Origin: the human T2T-CHM13v2.0 reference genome, Homo sapiens
DNA: 64,000 nucleotides
Reading direction: 5' to 3' (one strand)
Assembly (NCBI RefSeq): GCF_009914755.1
Contig: NC_060937.1
This document shows, piece by piece, positions 46,901-60,596 of this stretch. Both the position numbers and the translations under genes were made by a program. Numbering within the stretch: the first letter of the stretch is position 1; each line of letters starts with the position of its first letter. The notes beneath the pieces were generated by a model that had not been told where the DNA came from, made no database searches, and worked only from the letters and a program-made list of their open reading frames with translations.

Positions 46901-49900
46901 CCCTCTTCTTTTCTTGGTTCATCTTGCTAATGGTCTATCAATTTTGTTTATCTTTTCAAAGAACCAGCTGTTTCATTTATCTTTTGTATTATTTTGTCTT
47001 TCAATTTTATTTAGTTCTGCTCTGATCTTTGTTATTTCTTCTCTTCTGCTGGATTTCAGTTTGGTTTGTTTTTGTTTCTCTAGTTTCTCGAGGTATGACC
47101 TTAGATTGTCTGTTTGTCCTCTTTCATCTTTTTGATGCAGGCATTTAATGCTCCAAACTTTCTTTCCTTGTAGCACTGCTTTTGTTGTATCCCAAAGGTT
47201 TTAATAAGTTGTATCACTGTTATCATTTGGTTCAAAGAATTTTTAAATTTCCTTCTTGATTTCATTGTTGACCCAATGATCATTCAAGAGCAGGTTATTT
47301 AATTTCCATGTATTTGCATGCTTTTGAGGGTTCCTTTTGGAGTTGAGTTCCAGTTTTATTCCACTGTGGTTTGAAAGAGTACTTGATGTAATTTCAATTT
47401 TCTGAAATTTATTGAGACTTCTTTTGTGGCCTATCATGTGGTCTATCTTGTAGAATGTTCCATGTGCTGATGAATGTACATTCTGCAGTTGTTGGGTAGA
47501 ATGTTCTGTAAATATCTGTTAAGTACATTTTTTCTAGGGTATAGTGTAAGTCCATTGTGCCTTTGTTGACTTTCTGTCTTGATGACCTGTCTAGTGCTGT
47601 CAATGGGGTACTGAAGTCTCCCACTGTTATTGTGCTGCCATCTTATCTCATTTTTTTAGGTCTAATAGTAAATGTTTTATAAATTTGGGAGCTCCAGTGT
47701 TAGGTGTATATACATTTAGGGTTGTGATATTTTCCTGTTGGACTAGTCCTTTTATCATTACATAATGTTCCTCTTTGTCTTTTTTAACATTTTGCTTTAA
47801 AGTCTGTTTTGTCTGATATAACAATAGCTACTCCGGCTCATTTTTGGTGTCCATTTGCATGGAATGTCTTTTTCCACCCCTCTACCTTAAGTTTATGGGA
47901 GTCCTTATGTGTTGTTAGATGAGTCTCTTGAAGAGAGCAGATACTTGGTTGATGAATTCTTATCCATTCTGCCATTCTGTATCATTTAAGTGGAACATTT
48001 AGGCCATTAACATTCAATGTCAATATTGAGGTGTGAGGTACTATTCTACTCATTATGCAGGTTGTTGCCTGAATACCTTGTTGTTGTTTTTTTGTCATTC
48101 TGTTATTGTTTTATACATCCTGTGAGATTTATGCTTTAAGGTGGTTCTATTTTGATGTATTTTGAGAATTTGTTTCAAGATTTATAACTCCCTTTAGCAA
48201 TCTTGTAGTTCTGGCCTGGTAGTGGCAAATTCTCTCAACATTTGTTTGTATGAAAAAATTCTGTGTCTTTCATTTATGAAGCATAGTTTCATTGGATACA
48301 AAACTCATGGCTGACAATTGTTTTGTTTAAGGAGGCTAAAGGTAGGACCCCAATCCCTTCTGGCTTGTAGGGTTTCTGCTGAAAAATTCGCTGTTAATCT
48401 GATAGATGTTCCTTTATAAATTACTTGATACTTTTTCCTCACAACTTTTAAGATTCTTTCCTTTGTCTTCACTTTAGATAACCTGATGACTAGGTGCCTA
48501 GGCAATGATCTTTTGCGATAAATTTCCCGGGTGTTCTTTGAGCTTCTTGTGTTTGGCTATCTAGATCTCTAGCAAGGCCAGAGAAGTTTTCCTTGATTAT
48601 TCCCTCAAATGTGTTTTCCAAACTTCCAGATGTCTTTCCTTTCTCAGAAACACCAATTATTGTTACATTTGGTCATTTAACATAATCCCAAACTTCTTGG
48701 AGGCTTTGTTCATTTTTTAAAATTCTTTTTTCTTTGTCTTTGTTGGAATGGGTTAATTCAAAAGCCTTGCCTTCGAGCTCTGAATTCCTTTCTTCTGCTT
48801 GTTTGATTCTATTGGTGACAATTTCCAGTGTATTTTGCATTTCTCTAAGTGTGTCCTTCATTTTCAGAAGTTGTGATTGTTTTTTATTTATTTATGCTGT
48901 TTCTCTGGAGATTTTTTCATCCATGTCCTATAACATTGTTTTTTAAGTTGGTATTCACCTTTCTCTGGTGCCTCCATGTGTGGCTTCATACTCAAACTTC
49001 TGAATTATTTTTCTGGCAATTCAGAGATTTCTTCTTGGTTTGGCTCAATTGCTAGTGAGCTAGTGTGATCTCTTGGGGATGTTAAAGAATCTTGTTTTGT
49101 CATATTACTGGAATTGTTTTTCTGGTTCTTTCTCATTTGGGTAGCCTATGTCAGAGGGAAGATTTGGGGCTGAAGGGCTATTGTTCAGATTCTTCTGTCC
49201 CACAGGGTGCTCCCTTGATGTGGTGTTCTCCTCCCTTCCCCTAGGGGTGGGGCTTCCTGAGAGCCAAACTGTAGTTATTGTTATATTTTTTCTGGGTCTA
49301 GCCACCTAGCTGAGCTACCAGGCTCCAGGCTGGTACTGGGGAGTATCTGCAAAGAGTCCTCTGATGTCATCTGTCTTCAGGTCTGTCAGCCGTGAGTAAC
49401 GAGCACCTCCTCCAGTGGAGATAGCAGGGGAGTGAAATGGACTCAGAGAGGGTCCTTGGTTGTAGTTTTTAGTGCACTGGCTTAGTGTTGGTTGGCCGCC
49501 AGCCAGGAGGTGGTGCTTTCAAGAGAGCCTCAGCTGCAGTAGTGTAGGGAGGATACAAGCTTGCCCTAATGCCACCTGGGTGGTAAGTATTTGGTTTCTT
49601 AGGTGGTGGACAGGGCCATAGAGCTCCCAAGAGATGGTGTTCTTTGTCTTCAGCTACCAGGGTGGGTAGAGAAAGACCATCAGGTGGGGGCAGATTTAGG
49701 CATGTCTGGGCTCAGACTCTCCTTGGTAGAGGGGGCTTCCTGTGGCTGTTGTGGAGGATGAGGATGTGGTTTCAGGCCAATGGAGTTATGTTCCCAGGGG
49801 GATTATGGCTGCCTCTGCTGGGTCACGCAGGTTGCCAGGGGACTGGGGGAAAGCTGGCAGTAACAGGCCTTACCCAATGCCCATACAGCCAGCAACGCCA

Positions 49901-50572
49901 GTCTCACTCCCACCATGGCCCCCCAACAGCACGAGAGGGACATGCCCCAGGCTACAAGCCTCCCTGCTGAGAAAGCAAGCGGGACTTTCAGGTTTCACGT
50001 CTCCCCACCTGCAGCAGCTTCTGTGCGCCTGTCTGTACTCCCAGATCACCTCCTCTCCAGACTCTGTCCAGGAAACTGCACAAATCGTTTCAAAGTTCAG
50101 CTGGAATTTTCCTTCTCCCTGTGATCTTTCCCCAATTCCACTGGCACCCCTCCCCAAGAACTCCTGAGAGACAAAAGCAGAAATGGCTTCCCTGGGGTCT
50201 GAGAGTGCCCACGGAACTCTTCCCACTGCTTCCCCTACCCCTATATTTTGCTCAGCTCTCTAAATTTGTCTTAGCTCCCTATAAGGTCAAATCCTTCTCC
50301 CATGATCTGGTTCTTCAGGCTCCCCAGTGAGGATGTGTGTTTGGGGGCAGTCGTTCCCCTTTCACACTTTAGACACTCATAGTTTGTCAGTGTGTCATGG
50401 AGCCCGCAGCAACAAGCCACCTCTTTCAAAGGGTCCGTGGATTCTCTCAGCTTTCCTGGTGTGTTCTTCAGTAGTTCTTGGAGCCAAAGTTCACAGTGTG
50501 TCTCCACAAGCTGCTCTGTCCATCTGAATGGGAGCCTCAAGTTAGTCCTGCCTCCTGTCTGCCATTCTCCCT
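43993..50572 (-). mobile_element. Full-length inactive LINE-1 (L1PB1-like)
   Basis: 3'UTR ttatttcagtagtttttggggga...aagttctttagtggtgatttctgag; ORF2 fragments (45912..46352 [17 protein letters not shown]); ORF1 48305-48861; 5' end gggagaatggcagacaggaggcaggactaac on -. Confidence 0.95.
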
Positions 50573-50596
50573 CACTTTCTGATTTCTATTCTTTTT

Positions 50597-53500
50597 ACTC
50601 TTCTTCTGCTTATACTGGGTTTGATTAGTTGATGTCATTGGTTGGAGGTCTTTCTTTCATTGTGTATGTGTTTAGTACATAAATTTCTCTGTATATGTTG
50701 TAGTTACAGTCCACAAATTTTGACACACTGGGTTTTCATCTTCATTGAGTTCAAAATATTTTCAGATTTCCCTTTTTGATTTCTTCTTTGGTCCATGGTT
50801 ATTTGGAAGTGTATTGTTTAGTTTGCACATATTTGGGGACCTCTCAAGGACCTTTCTGTTATTGATCTCTAACTTGTAATTCTTTGGTTGGAGAACATAC
50901 TTTGGATGATTAAAAAAAAAACCCTATTCCTCTCCTCACAGCACCTCTGACACGACACGTGTGGGGTTTCCACACCAAGCAATTATCCACTTCTCTGTGG
51001 ACGCCACCCGAGTGTCCTACAATTTGATTCAAGTATAACACTAATTACCCAGAGTTAGCACAGACCACACAGGTTAAGGGCTCAATCTCACAAGACTACC
51101 CCTCACTTTAGGTGCCAACTACAAGTAGTAGGTGTGTATGTGACCCACACGTCTGTCTGACTTGGCTACAAATTGGAGGTTCTCACAATCTCCTCCATAA
51201 GTTGAATAATTTATTAAAACAGCTCACAGAACTCAGGGAAACATCTTACTTACATTTACCAGTTTATTATAAAAGATATGATAAAGGATACAGATGAACA
51301 GCTGGATGAGGAAGTACATAGAGTCAGGTCCAGAGGGGTCCTGAGTGTGGGAGCTTGTGTCCCCACAGAGAGAGGTTGCTCCACCCTATTGATACCTGGA
51401 TGCATTCGCCAACCCAGAAGCCCTCTGAATCCTATACTTTAGGGATTTTTATAAGGCTTCATCACATAGACATGACTGATTCTTAACTCAATCTCCAGCC
51501 CCAGAGGAAGGGGAGAGAGGGAGCTGAAAGTTCCAAGCTTCTAATCATGGCTTGGTCTTTTTGGTGACCAGCCCCTATCCTGAAACTATCCAGGAGCCAC
51601 CAAGACAGTCTATTAGGGCAAATGATGCTTCTGTTACCCAGGAAATTCCAAGGGATTTAAGAGCTCTGTGTCAGGAACTGGGATCAAAACCAAATGTTAG
51701 AACAAAAGATTCTTCTAGCATCCATATCACTCAAGAAATTACAAGGGTTTTAGGAGCTCTGTGTCAGAAATTGGGGACAGAGACCAAATATATATGTTTC
51801 TTATTATGTCGCAGATGACTTGAATCCTTTTAAATTTATTGAGCCTTGTTTTAAGACCCACAGCAAAGTCTGTCTTGGTAAACATTTCATGCCTATTTAA
51901 AAACAGTGTCTACTCTGCTGTTGTTATGTGGAGTGTTCTACAAATGTCATAGGTCAAGTTGGTTGAAGCATTGTCAAGTATTCTATACCCTTACTGATTT
52001 TCTGTCTACATGTCCTACCAGTAGCTGAGAGAGGGCTTGAAATCTCAGACTGTAATTGCAGACTTGTCTGTTTCCTTTGTCAATTTTATCAGCCTTTCCT
52101 CCATGTATTCTGAAGCTCTATAAGGTATATAAAGTTTTAGTTTTATCATTTTGATGAATTGGCCACTTTATCATTATGAGATGAACTTCTTTATCCCTGG
52201 TAATACTTTTTTCCTTGAAATCTGCTTTTTTCATTGTTAATAGAGCCACTTCAGCTTTCTCTTAGTTTCAGCATGGTATAATCTTTCCATACTAACCTTT
52301 TCATCTATTTGTCTATTGATTTTTAAGTAGGTTTCTTATAGGCCTCATGTAATTAGATCTTACATTTTTATCCAATCTGAAATCTCCGGCTTTCATATGC
52401 ATTTGATGTTATTACTGATTTATTGAGATTAAATCTACCATCTTGCCGTATTTTCTATTTAACCCATATGTTCTTTCTTTTCTTTTCCCTCTTTTACTGC
52501 CTTCTTTTGGCATTGGATAGTTTTTTATGATTCCATTTATCTCCTTTGTTCATGTATTAGCTATCTGTCTCTTATTTTTGTGTTCTCAGTGGTTGTTTTA
52601 GGGTTCATAATATATGTCATTAGTTTTAACATTCTAGCTTCAAGTGACATTATATCACTTTGTACATGGTGTAGGAATCTTACAACAGCATATTTCCATC
52701 TCTCTTCTGGCATTTGTGCTATTGTGATTATATATTTTGCTTCTACATATATTATGAACCTATAATACATTGTTATTATTATTGATTATCAACACTCAGT
52801 TTTCTTTTAAAGAAATTTAAATAAGAAGAAGTCTGAGTTACTCATTTAATTGCCATTTTTAGTATTTTTTATTTCTTTGTGTAGATCTGCACTTCTATCT
52901 GGTATCATTTTTCTTCTGCCTGAAGGACTTCCTTTAACATTTATTGTAGTGGAGATTTGCTCGTGGTGAATTCTTTTGGTTTTTGTTCACCTATACTTTT
53001 GATAAATATTTTTGCTTTGTTCAGAATCCAAGTTGGCATTTTTTTTCTTTAAGTACTTAAAGATGCTGTTGTAGTGATTTCCAGCTTGAATGGTTTCTAG
53101 TGGAAAATCTGCTGTTATTCTTATCTGTGGGTCTTTGTACATAATGTGTCTTTTTTCTCTGGCTGCTTTAAAGATGTTCTCTTTATCTTTGGTTTTGAGC
53201 AGTTTGATTACAATATGCCTTGATATTGTTTTCTTCCTGTTTTTGTGCTTGAAGTTTGTTGAAATTTTTGGATCTGTTTTTATACAGTTTTCATCAAATA
53301 ATAGGGTGTTTTGTCCATTGTTTCTTCAAATATTTTCAGTCCTAATTCTTCGTCTTCAGGGACTCTAATTACACATTCATTAGGCCTCTTCAAGTTGCCC
53401 CAGAGCTCCTGTTCAAAGTGATATTCTGTTCATTTCTTTGAGTATTTCTTCTCTCTGTGTTTCATTCTAGATAGTTTCTCTTGCTATATCTTCACTACTT
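50597..53500 (-). mobile_element. Ancient L1M ORF2-ORF1 region, split by a MER21 LTR
   Basis: Decayed reverse L1 EN and ORF1 sequence (tactctgctgttgttatgtggagtgttctac, gaaaatctgctgttattcttatc). Confidence 0.7.
50910..51813 (-). mobile_element. MER21-family solo LTR
   Basis: acccagagttagcacagaccacacaggttaagggctca, ggaaattccaagggatttaagagctctgtgtcaggaac; flanking gatga duplication. Confidence 0.8.
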
Positions 53501-53524
53501 TTCCTTTCCCTTTCTTTTTCTTAA

Positions 53525-53995
53525 AATAACATTTATTTACTAACTTACAGTTCTGTATGTTAGACATCCAGAAGTGGCTTAACTTGAATTCTCTGCTCAA
53601 ATTATCACAAGGCTAATATGAAGAAATCAGCTAGGCTGAGTTCTTGGCTGGAGGCTCGGGAGAAATATTTGCTTTTAAAGTCATTTAGGTTGTTGGTAGA
53701 GTCTATCTCGTGTGCTTGTAGTACCAGAGTCCTTGTTTCCTTGCTGGGTATCAGTCAGGGACCACCTTCAGCTCATAGGGCCACCCACATTCCTTGCTGT
53801 GTGCCCTACTTTATCTTCAAAGCAGTAATGGTGTGTTGAATCCTTCTCAGACTTCAGATCTCTGACATACTCTATGACCAGTTGGAGAAAACCCTGCTTT
53901 TAGTAAACTTACTTGATTAGGCCAGGCTCACCCAAGATCATCTTCTTCTTAATACGTAATATAAGATAGTCATGAGAGTGGTATCTCATGATGTT
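53525..53995 (-). mobile_element. MaLR LTR (MLT1E/G-like)
   Basis: aacatttatttactaacttacagttctgt...tgattaggccaggctcacccaagat. Confidence 0.6.
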
Positions 53996-54011
53996 CATGG
54001 TTGTTATGCAG

Positions 54012-54389
54012 TTGTTTTAGTCCGCTTGGGCTGCTATAACAAATACCATAGATTGGGTGACTTAAACAACAGATTTTTTTTCTCATGAATCTGGAGGCTG
54101 AGAAATCCAAGATCAAGGTGCTGGCTGATTTGGATTCTGGTGAGGGCCCTCTTCCTTGTTTGCAGATGGATACATTTTTGCTAGCCTTACATGTGGGAGA
54201 GATAGATTATTGCTCTCATATTTCTTCTTATAAGAGCACTAATCCCATTCATGAGGGCCCCACTCTTGGGACCTAATCACTTCCCAAAGGCCCCACTTAC
54301 AGATGTCATCACATTAGGAATTAGGGCATATATATATTTCATATATATATATATATATCTTCAGAGGACACAAACATTCAGTTCCTAGC
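54012..54389 (-). mobile_element. MaLR LTR (MLT1A-like) with internal (TA)n
   Basis: tgttttagtccgcttgggctgctataacaaataccatagattggg...gacacaaacattcagttcctagca. Confidence 0.8.
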
Positions 54390-54976
54390 AGCAGGGTATG
54401 TACATGAAGGGGCAATCATTGAGGGCAAGTGTAGGGTCTTGCCACCACAGGTGGAAGTGGATTTCAAGTCCTAAAGGATGGCAACCTGGAAATGCTACAT
54501 AACCATGGTGGAGAGATCTGGGAGGGACAGTTTTTCTTTTTCCAAGATCTTCATTTCTTTTTGATGATGATGCTTCTTTTTTCAGATTACTGAATATCAA
54601 AGAAAATCAACTGAAATGGTTAGTGCCTCCATCAGGCCTTTGGGCCTTCAAATGACATCTGGCCTAGGAGAAGCTTTCTGGGTGGCTCATTTAAGGAGAG
54701 TTTCTCTCCCCTCCTGGGCTGTAAATTGAATCGTGGCAGGAACTATATTTTCTGTCATCTCTCCCATCCCCAAAACAAAACAAACCATAACAACAAACAT
54801 CCCCTGACCCTCATGTTTCTGACACATCTTTCTCCCCCTCTGGACATCCAGGCTTGAGAAAGAATTGTTTATGTTCCCCATCCCGGTTCCCGTGCTTACA
54901 AATAACTCTACCTGCTGCCATCTAGACACTCCACTATTCTACTACAAAGGCCACTACTGATTTCTTGGTTAGTAAG

Positions 54977-55290
54977 TTTTTTTTTTTGTTTTTTTGAGAC
55001 AGGGTCTCCCTCTGTCACCCAGGCTGGAGTGCAGTGCATGATGTCAGCTCACTTCAGCCTTGACCTCCAAGGCTCGAGCAATCATCCCACCTCAGCCTTC
55101 CAAGCAGCTGGGACTATAGGCGTGTACCACCATACCTGGCTAATTTTGTTTATTTATTTTTTTTTTTTGTAGAGATGATGTCTCTCCGTGTTGCCCAGGC
55201 TGGTCTCAAACACCTGAGCTCAAGCCATCGTCCCGCCTTGGCCTCTCAAAGTGCTGGGATTACAGGCATGAGTGAGCCACTGTGCCTGGC
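54977..55290 (-). mobile_element. AluJ
   Basis: Diverged dimer with AluJ features (gagacagggtctc, gctcaagc). Confidence 0.85.
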
Positions 55291-55839
55291 ATTAGTTAAT
55301 TCTTGATAGATATGTCCTGTTCCTTAGCACTTTCATTTTACATTATTGATTACTCCTTTCTTTCTAAAACTTGTTCCTTCCTTCGCTTCTTTGAACAACC
55401 CCATCTGCCTATTCTCTTTTTGCATGCATCTGCAAGTGTTGGTTCTTAGTTGCCTTCACTAGAAACCCTTCCCCAGCGTTTTCTAAATCTTGCCAGGTGA
55501 TATTGGCAGAAAATAGACTGAACTGAGTTAAATCCTAATTTGGTGAATCATGTGTGACCTCCTGGAAATTATACAACTTCTCTCTCAGTTTCTTCTTCTG
55601 TGAAATGGAAATTTTACCCATGCTGCAGGGTTATGGTGAAGGTGAGTGATGATGCATGTAAAGCACCAACACGTCAGAGCTCTCAGTCTTCCGTAGCTCC
55701 AGCCTTCCTGATAGCAGAGACCATATTTTAAAGATAGAACATTCTGACGCAGCTGTTTTGATGCCAGCATTTTGATAAAATGGCAGCCAAATATCCCCAT
55801 GTCCAAATGGGCCTATCAAAATATCCTTATTGAGTGTTT

Positions 55840-57690
55840 TTTATTAGTTGAGCTATAATTCACAAACCATAAAATTTGCCCTTTTCAAGTGTACATTTCA
55901 GTGATCCCTGGCAACCACTAGTCTACTTTTTTGTTTTATGGATTTAATCTACTCTGGAAGTTTCATGTGAATGGAATCATATGCTTTGAGGCTGTTTGTG
56001 TCTGTTTCTTTCATTTAGTATAATGTTTTTAATGTTCATCCATGAATCAGTGTTTTATTTCTTTTGATGGCTGAATAATATTCTGTTGTATGGATATAAA
56101 ACAATTTGTTTATCCATGCATTAGTTGGTGGACATTTTGGTTGTTTCACTTTTTGCCTACTATCATTAATGCTGCTATGAAAATTTGTGTCACTAATCTT
56201 TTCTTTTGCAGTATCTAATCTACTCTTCATCCTTTCAGTGTATTTTTCATCTCAGACCTTGGAAATTTTTCTCTACAGTTCTTATTTAGGTCTTTTTTGT
56301 CTTCCTTGTCTTACTTGACATGTTAAATTATTCCTCTAGCTTCTTAAACATATGAAATACATTTACAATAACTGTTTAACTGTCCCTGTCTAGTAATTCT
56401 GTTATCTGTGTCATTTTTTGTCAGTTTCAATTGATTGCATCTTCTCATTATGGGTTGTATAACCCTGCTTGTTTACATGCCAGGGGATATTTTTTAGATG
56501 ACAGGCATTATGAATTTTTCCTTTATGAGTATTGGATATATTTTTATTGCCATAGTATTTTTTTTAGACAGCATCTCACTCTGTTGACCATCACTTCAGT
56601 GGCAAGATAATATCTCATTGCAGCCTCAACTTCCCTGGCTCAACCGATCCTCCCACATCAGTCTCCCAAGTAACTAGGACTACAGGCACATGCCACCACA
56701 CTTGGCTAATTTTTTAAGGATTTTGTACAGACAAGGTCTTACTATATTGCCCAGGGTCGTCAACCCTGGCTCAAGCAATCTTCCTGCCTCAGCCTCCCAA
56801 AGTGCTGGGATTACAGACACACACCACTGCACACAGCTGATTTTTGTATTTTTTATACAGGTGGGGTCTTCCTGTGTTGCCCAGATTGGTCTCTAACTCC
56901 TGGGCTCAAGCAGTCCACTCACCTCAGCCTCCCAAAGTGCTGGGATTACAGGCATGAGCCACCATGTCTAGCCCCCATAGTATTCTTAAGCTTTTTTCTG
57001 GAGTAAAGTTATGTCACTCGGAAGGAGTCTGATCATTCTGGGTTTTGCTTTTCAGCCTTATTAGGCAGGTACTGATCAGCACTTCTTCCTGGCTAATTTT
57101 TCTACACTACTGAGCAAAACCCTTCTGAGTGCTTTACCTGATGCCCCATGAATTACGAGGTGTTCCACGCTGGCTGCTGAGAACAGGAATTATTTGTGGC
57201 CTTTGGTGGACTCTAAGTATTGTCCCACTAATCCTTGGCAGAGTTCTGTCCCCATCCTGAGATCCTCTCTCCACAGGCAGGTATGCACTGATCAGAATCT
57301 GGCTGAAAATTTGAGGTCACTCTTCAGATCTTCAGAATTCTCTCTGTGGAGCTCAATCCTCTCTGGTATCCTACCTTGTACGCACTAACTCCTGACCTCC
57401 CTGAGCCCCTAGATCCACTTTCTCAACTCAGAGAAACCTCCAGGCTCCACCTGAGTCCCCTGATTCCCTGCATCACAGTTTGAAAAGTCACATGGGCAAT
57501 GAGCTTAAGCAACTGTAGACTCACCTTGTTTGTTTTCTGACTCTCAGGGATCACTGTGCTTCAATATCTATAGTTTAATGTCTTGAAAACCATTGTCTTG
57601 TATATTTTGGGCATTTTTTTTTTTTTTTTTTTGCTGGTTTCAAATGAGAGGGTAAGTCTAATCCCACTTACTTCATCTTGGCCAGAAGTA
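55840..57690 (-). mobile_element. Old L1M fragments (3'UTR and 5' region)
   Basis: ccctggcaaccactagtctact, ggctgaataatattctgttgtatggata and similar motifs. Confidence 0.6.
56560..56974 (-). mobile_element. Three-armed AluJ-like element
   Basis: One right arm and two left arms inside a single TSD ccatagtatt (56550-56559 / 56975-56984). Confidence 0.8.
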
Positions 57691-60545
57691 GCCATATTTG
57701 AATGTAAATATTTGGCAATTGTCATAACACTATTAAGCCACTATTTTTCACCCTTGGAGAAAAAAGGGATTCAGATTTACCTTGATAAATAGCACCTGTA
57801 CTTCTTGTAAATCACAATAAGTTTCCTAAAGTTGAAAATACTGTATGCCACGTTTTATCTTGTCTAGAGAGTGGGTTATATGAACAAAGTGTTTATTGTT
57901 AGATCTGGAAACCCTGATTGTAGCTTCCTGTTTTTCTGGTTCTTCTGTACATCAAAATAAAAAAGAATCTGCTCCTACCTTGGGAGTACCTTGCTCCTAC
58001 AGGGCATACTTATGGGATGGCCTGGTGCTGCCCAAATTTGTAATTTCTGCCCCGACCTGTACTTAAGACCAGCTGGAAGGAAATCCCCACCCACAAGCCA
58101 TCTGCTCAGCTTCTCCCCACCACCAGCTCACCCCAGCCAAGCCATTGCCAGTACTAAGTAGGAAAATAGTGGGCCACTGGGCAAAATTTTTTGAAATAAA
58201 TTTAGATTGGTTTGATAAAAATAAAGCCTGTCCAAGTCCATGAAGAACTCAGCGCAGGGACTCCCTAGAGTGTCCTGCTGTCTGTCACGATGCTGACCAA
58301 ACCCGTGAACTGCTTTGTCTTTAAGTGGGAAGCTATCAAAGTTCTGTCCTATAATTCTTTGCCTTCTTATCTATGGTGTGAAGGTCATGGGCCATCTCTG
58401 ATGTTATAAATATTGAGGTTCCCGTGCTGCACTATTTGTTATTGTGTCAGTTAAGCTTTCCAGCTTTAAAATTAAACCAAGCTTTTTCATCCATTACAAT
58501 CCTCTGGATAGGGACTGGATGGCTGCCGATGAATTTTTAATATTTTCTTTCCATTTTCAAGGGCCGTGTCCTCTCCAGTGCTCAGCCTTTGCACGCAACG
58601 CCTAGCCTTTGCACGCAAACTGTTTGCATCCACCTTTGTGCTGTAGAAGGTCACCAGCTTCTCCCTGGAGACCTCACAGTTGCCAGCTGCCACTGAGATC
58701 AGCATGGATTCTATCTTCTCCTAACCAGAGTTATGTAGCCAGTAGGACCAGCTACAAAGAGATTATGATTGGGGTAACATTTAGATGGCAGGAGGGTGTT
58801 CTAGATTTAGAGTATGCACCCAAACCAGCGAGATCTGTTAGAGATGTTGTAGAGTGGTTCAGCAATGTGCTTAATTGGTAAGAGCCCTGGGCAAGGTGGT
58901 CAGAAGACCAACAGCCAGGCCTGGCCAGGCTCCTACAGGACAATGGATTGCCTGAGGGCAAGGACTGGCTGTATTTCTTATCATTTCCCACTGTGCCTTG
59001 CACAGTCTTATTCACAGAGTATGTGCTGAATAGAAGGTGTCAAATGTTTTTGTCGCCAAAAACCACATGACATGAAGCATGCATGTGAAATCAGCTTTGT
59101 GTGTAGGTCATGACGAAACACTAATCTAGGTATTTCTGCTTGTATATTTCACACAGAAAAGGAAGTACATTGGAGATAAAGCTCATTAACAGTTCGGTAG
59201 TGTACTAGGGCCAGTCAGTAAGAAATTGGCAATTCTACTCTATTTTCCCTTCATTTAAAGATTCTGAATCCATTGATAAGCCCTGTGTTGAAGGCCTCTA
59301 TTCACTAATGTCCATTTCCTAGTTCAGCTGGGTGGAAATCAGAAAGACATTGTAGGGGACCAGAGTGTTGCTTCTTTGGAAAGAGTCTAAGTAGGTTCTG
59401 GCTGCCTGCATGGTGAGGTCAGTGGCATGCCTGCCTGCTTTGCTGCTTTGAACCTTAGACCACCCCAGAAACAATAGAAATACTTCAAGCAGTGGGGAAG
59501 GAGGTGATGACAAAACACTCCTACATCTAAAAGTGTCATGGGGGAACATGACATGCCCCTCCTTTAAAGCCTGCATGGTGGCTCTTCCTGAGAAATATGA
59601 TGGGAAAGAGGTCAGGAGTGGGTCACCACCACACCAACACCACTTCTCATCCCAGACCCACGATGTGCCCTGTGAGCTGTCTGTGACCACCACCCTCCAG
59701 AAGTTGGCCATCTAATTATCCGATACAAACCTGGTACTTCCTAAGCAGATGTGCATTCTAGCTTCACTGTCTGCCAGCTCTTGAGAGAAAAATGAGAAGC
59801 AAACACCTGTTCTGAAACAGCTGAAGCTGGCCATGTCAGTGATCTTCGTTCAACATAAGCTCTCTGTCCCCAAGGTGGCAGTGAGCCTGAGCTGCGATCT
59901 TTTTGTTTCACCCTGGGGACGGTATGACATGTGGGTGGACAGGAAAGGGGGTGACAGACAGTACATCAGGGAATCAGCTATAGAAGTAGTAACAAAGATT
60001 GACAGCACGAGAAAGAATACTGTTTTTAGCGAAGACAAAAGACTGCCAGTGACAGTACGATGATTATTAGTCCTAGGCAAAGTCACGCTGGATATGTTTA
60101 GAGAATGGCAGGACCCTTTTCAACTTAAAGCAATAGAGAACTCTACAACCAACTTTGTTTCTCAGCTTTTTCTTCCTAAAGTCTTAGCACTGGTGTCGGA
60201 GCCTTGATCTGTGCTCTGACAGTGATTGAGTGCCACCAGTCCTGAACCAGGATTGGTTTCACAAGGTAGTTTGGTGTCACAGAGCGGCTAAACTTTCACT
60301 TGGTGTGTTGATCCCAAAAGTGGGTGTTGTCAGAGGAGCCTCTGTCTTAGCTCAGAATGCGGGTTGTTCGCTGGCCCCAGAAGAAGAGGTGAGCTTTTTG
60401 CACTGTTGTTCAGTAGAACACTGGAATTTTGAATAGGTGAGTAAAAGCAATATAATAATGACACCAATATCAAAGTAAGTGCCAAGAATAGAATTTCACT
60501 GAATCCTTTTATATTCTCCATTTACCATTGAGTATAATTTCTAAC

Positions 60546-60577
<32 letters not shown>

Positions 60578-60596
60578 ATTATTATTATTGTTATTA
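60546..60596. repeat. (ATG)n(ATT)n compound microsatellite
   Basis: atgatgatgatg...gatattattattattgttatta. Confidence 0.9.

Noticed and set aside
58562-58877. Possible cryptic exon (ttttctttccattttcaag ... TTG/gtaaga)
   Set aside because: 316 nt, frameshifting, no coding signature; the flanking MTUS2 exons already join in phase without it
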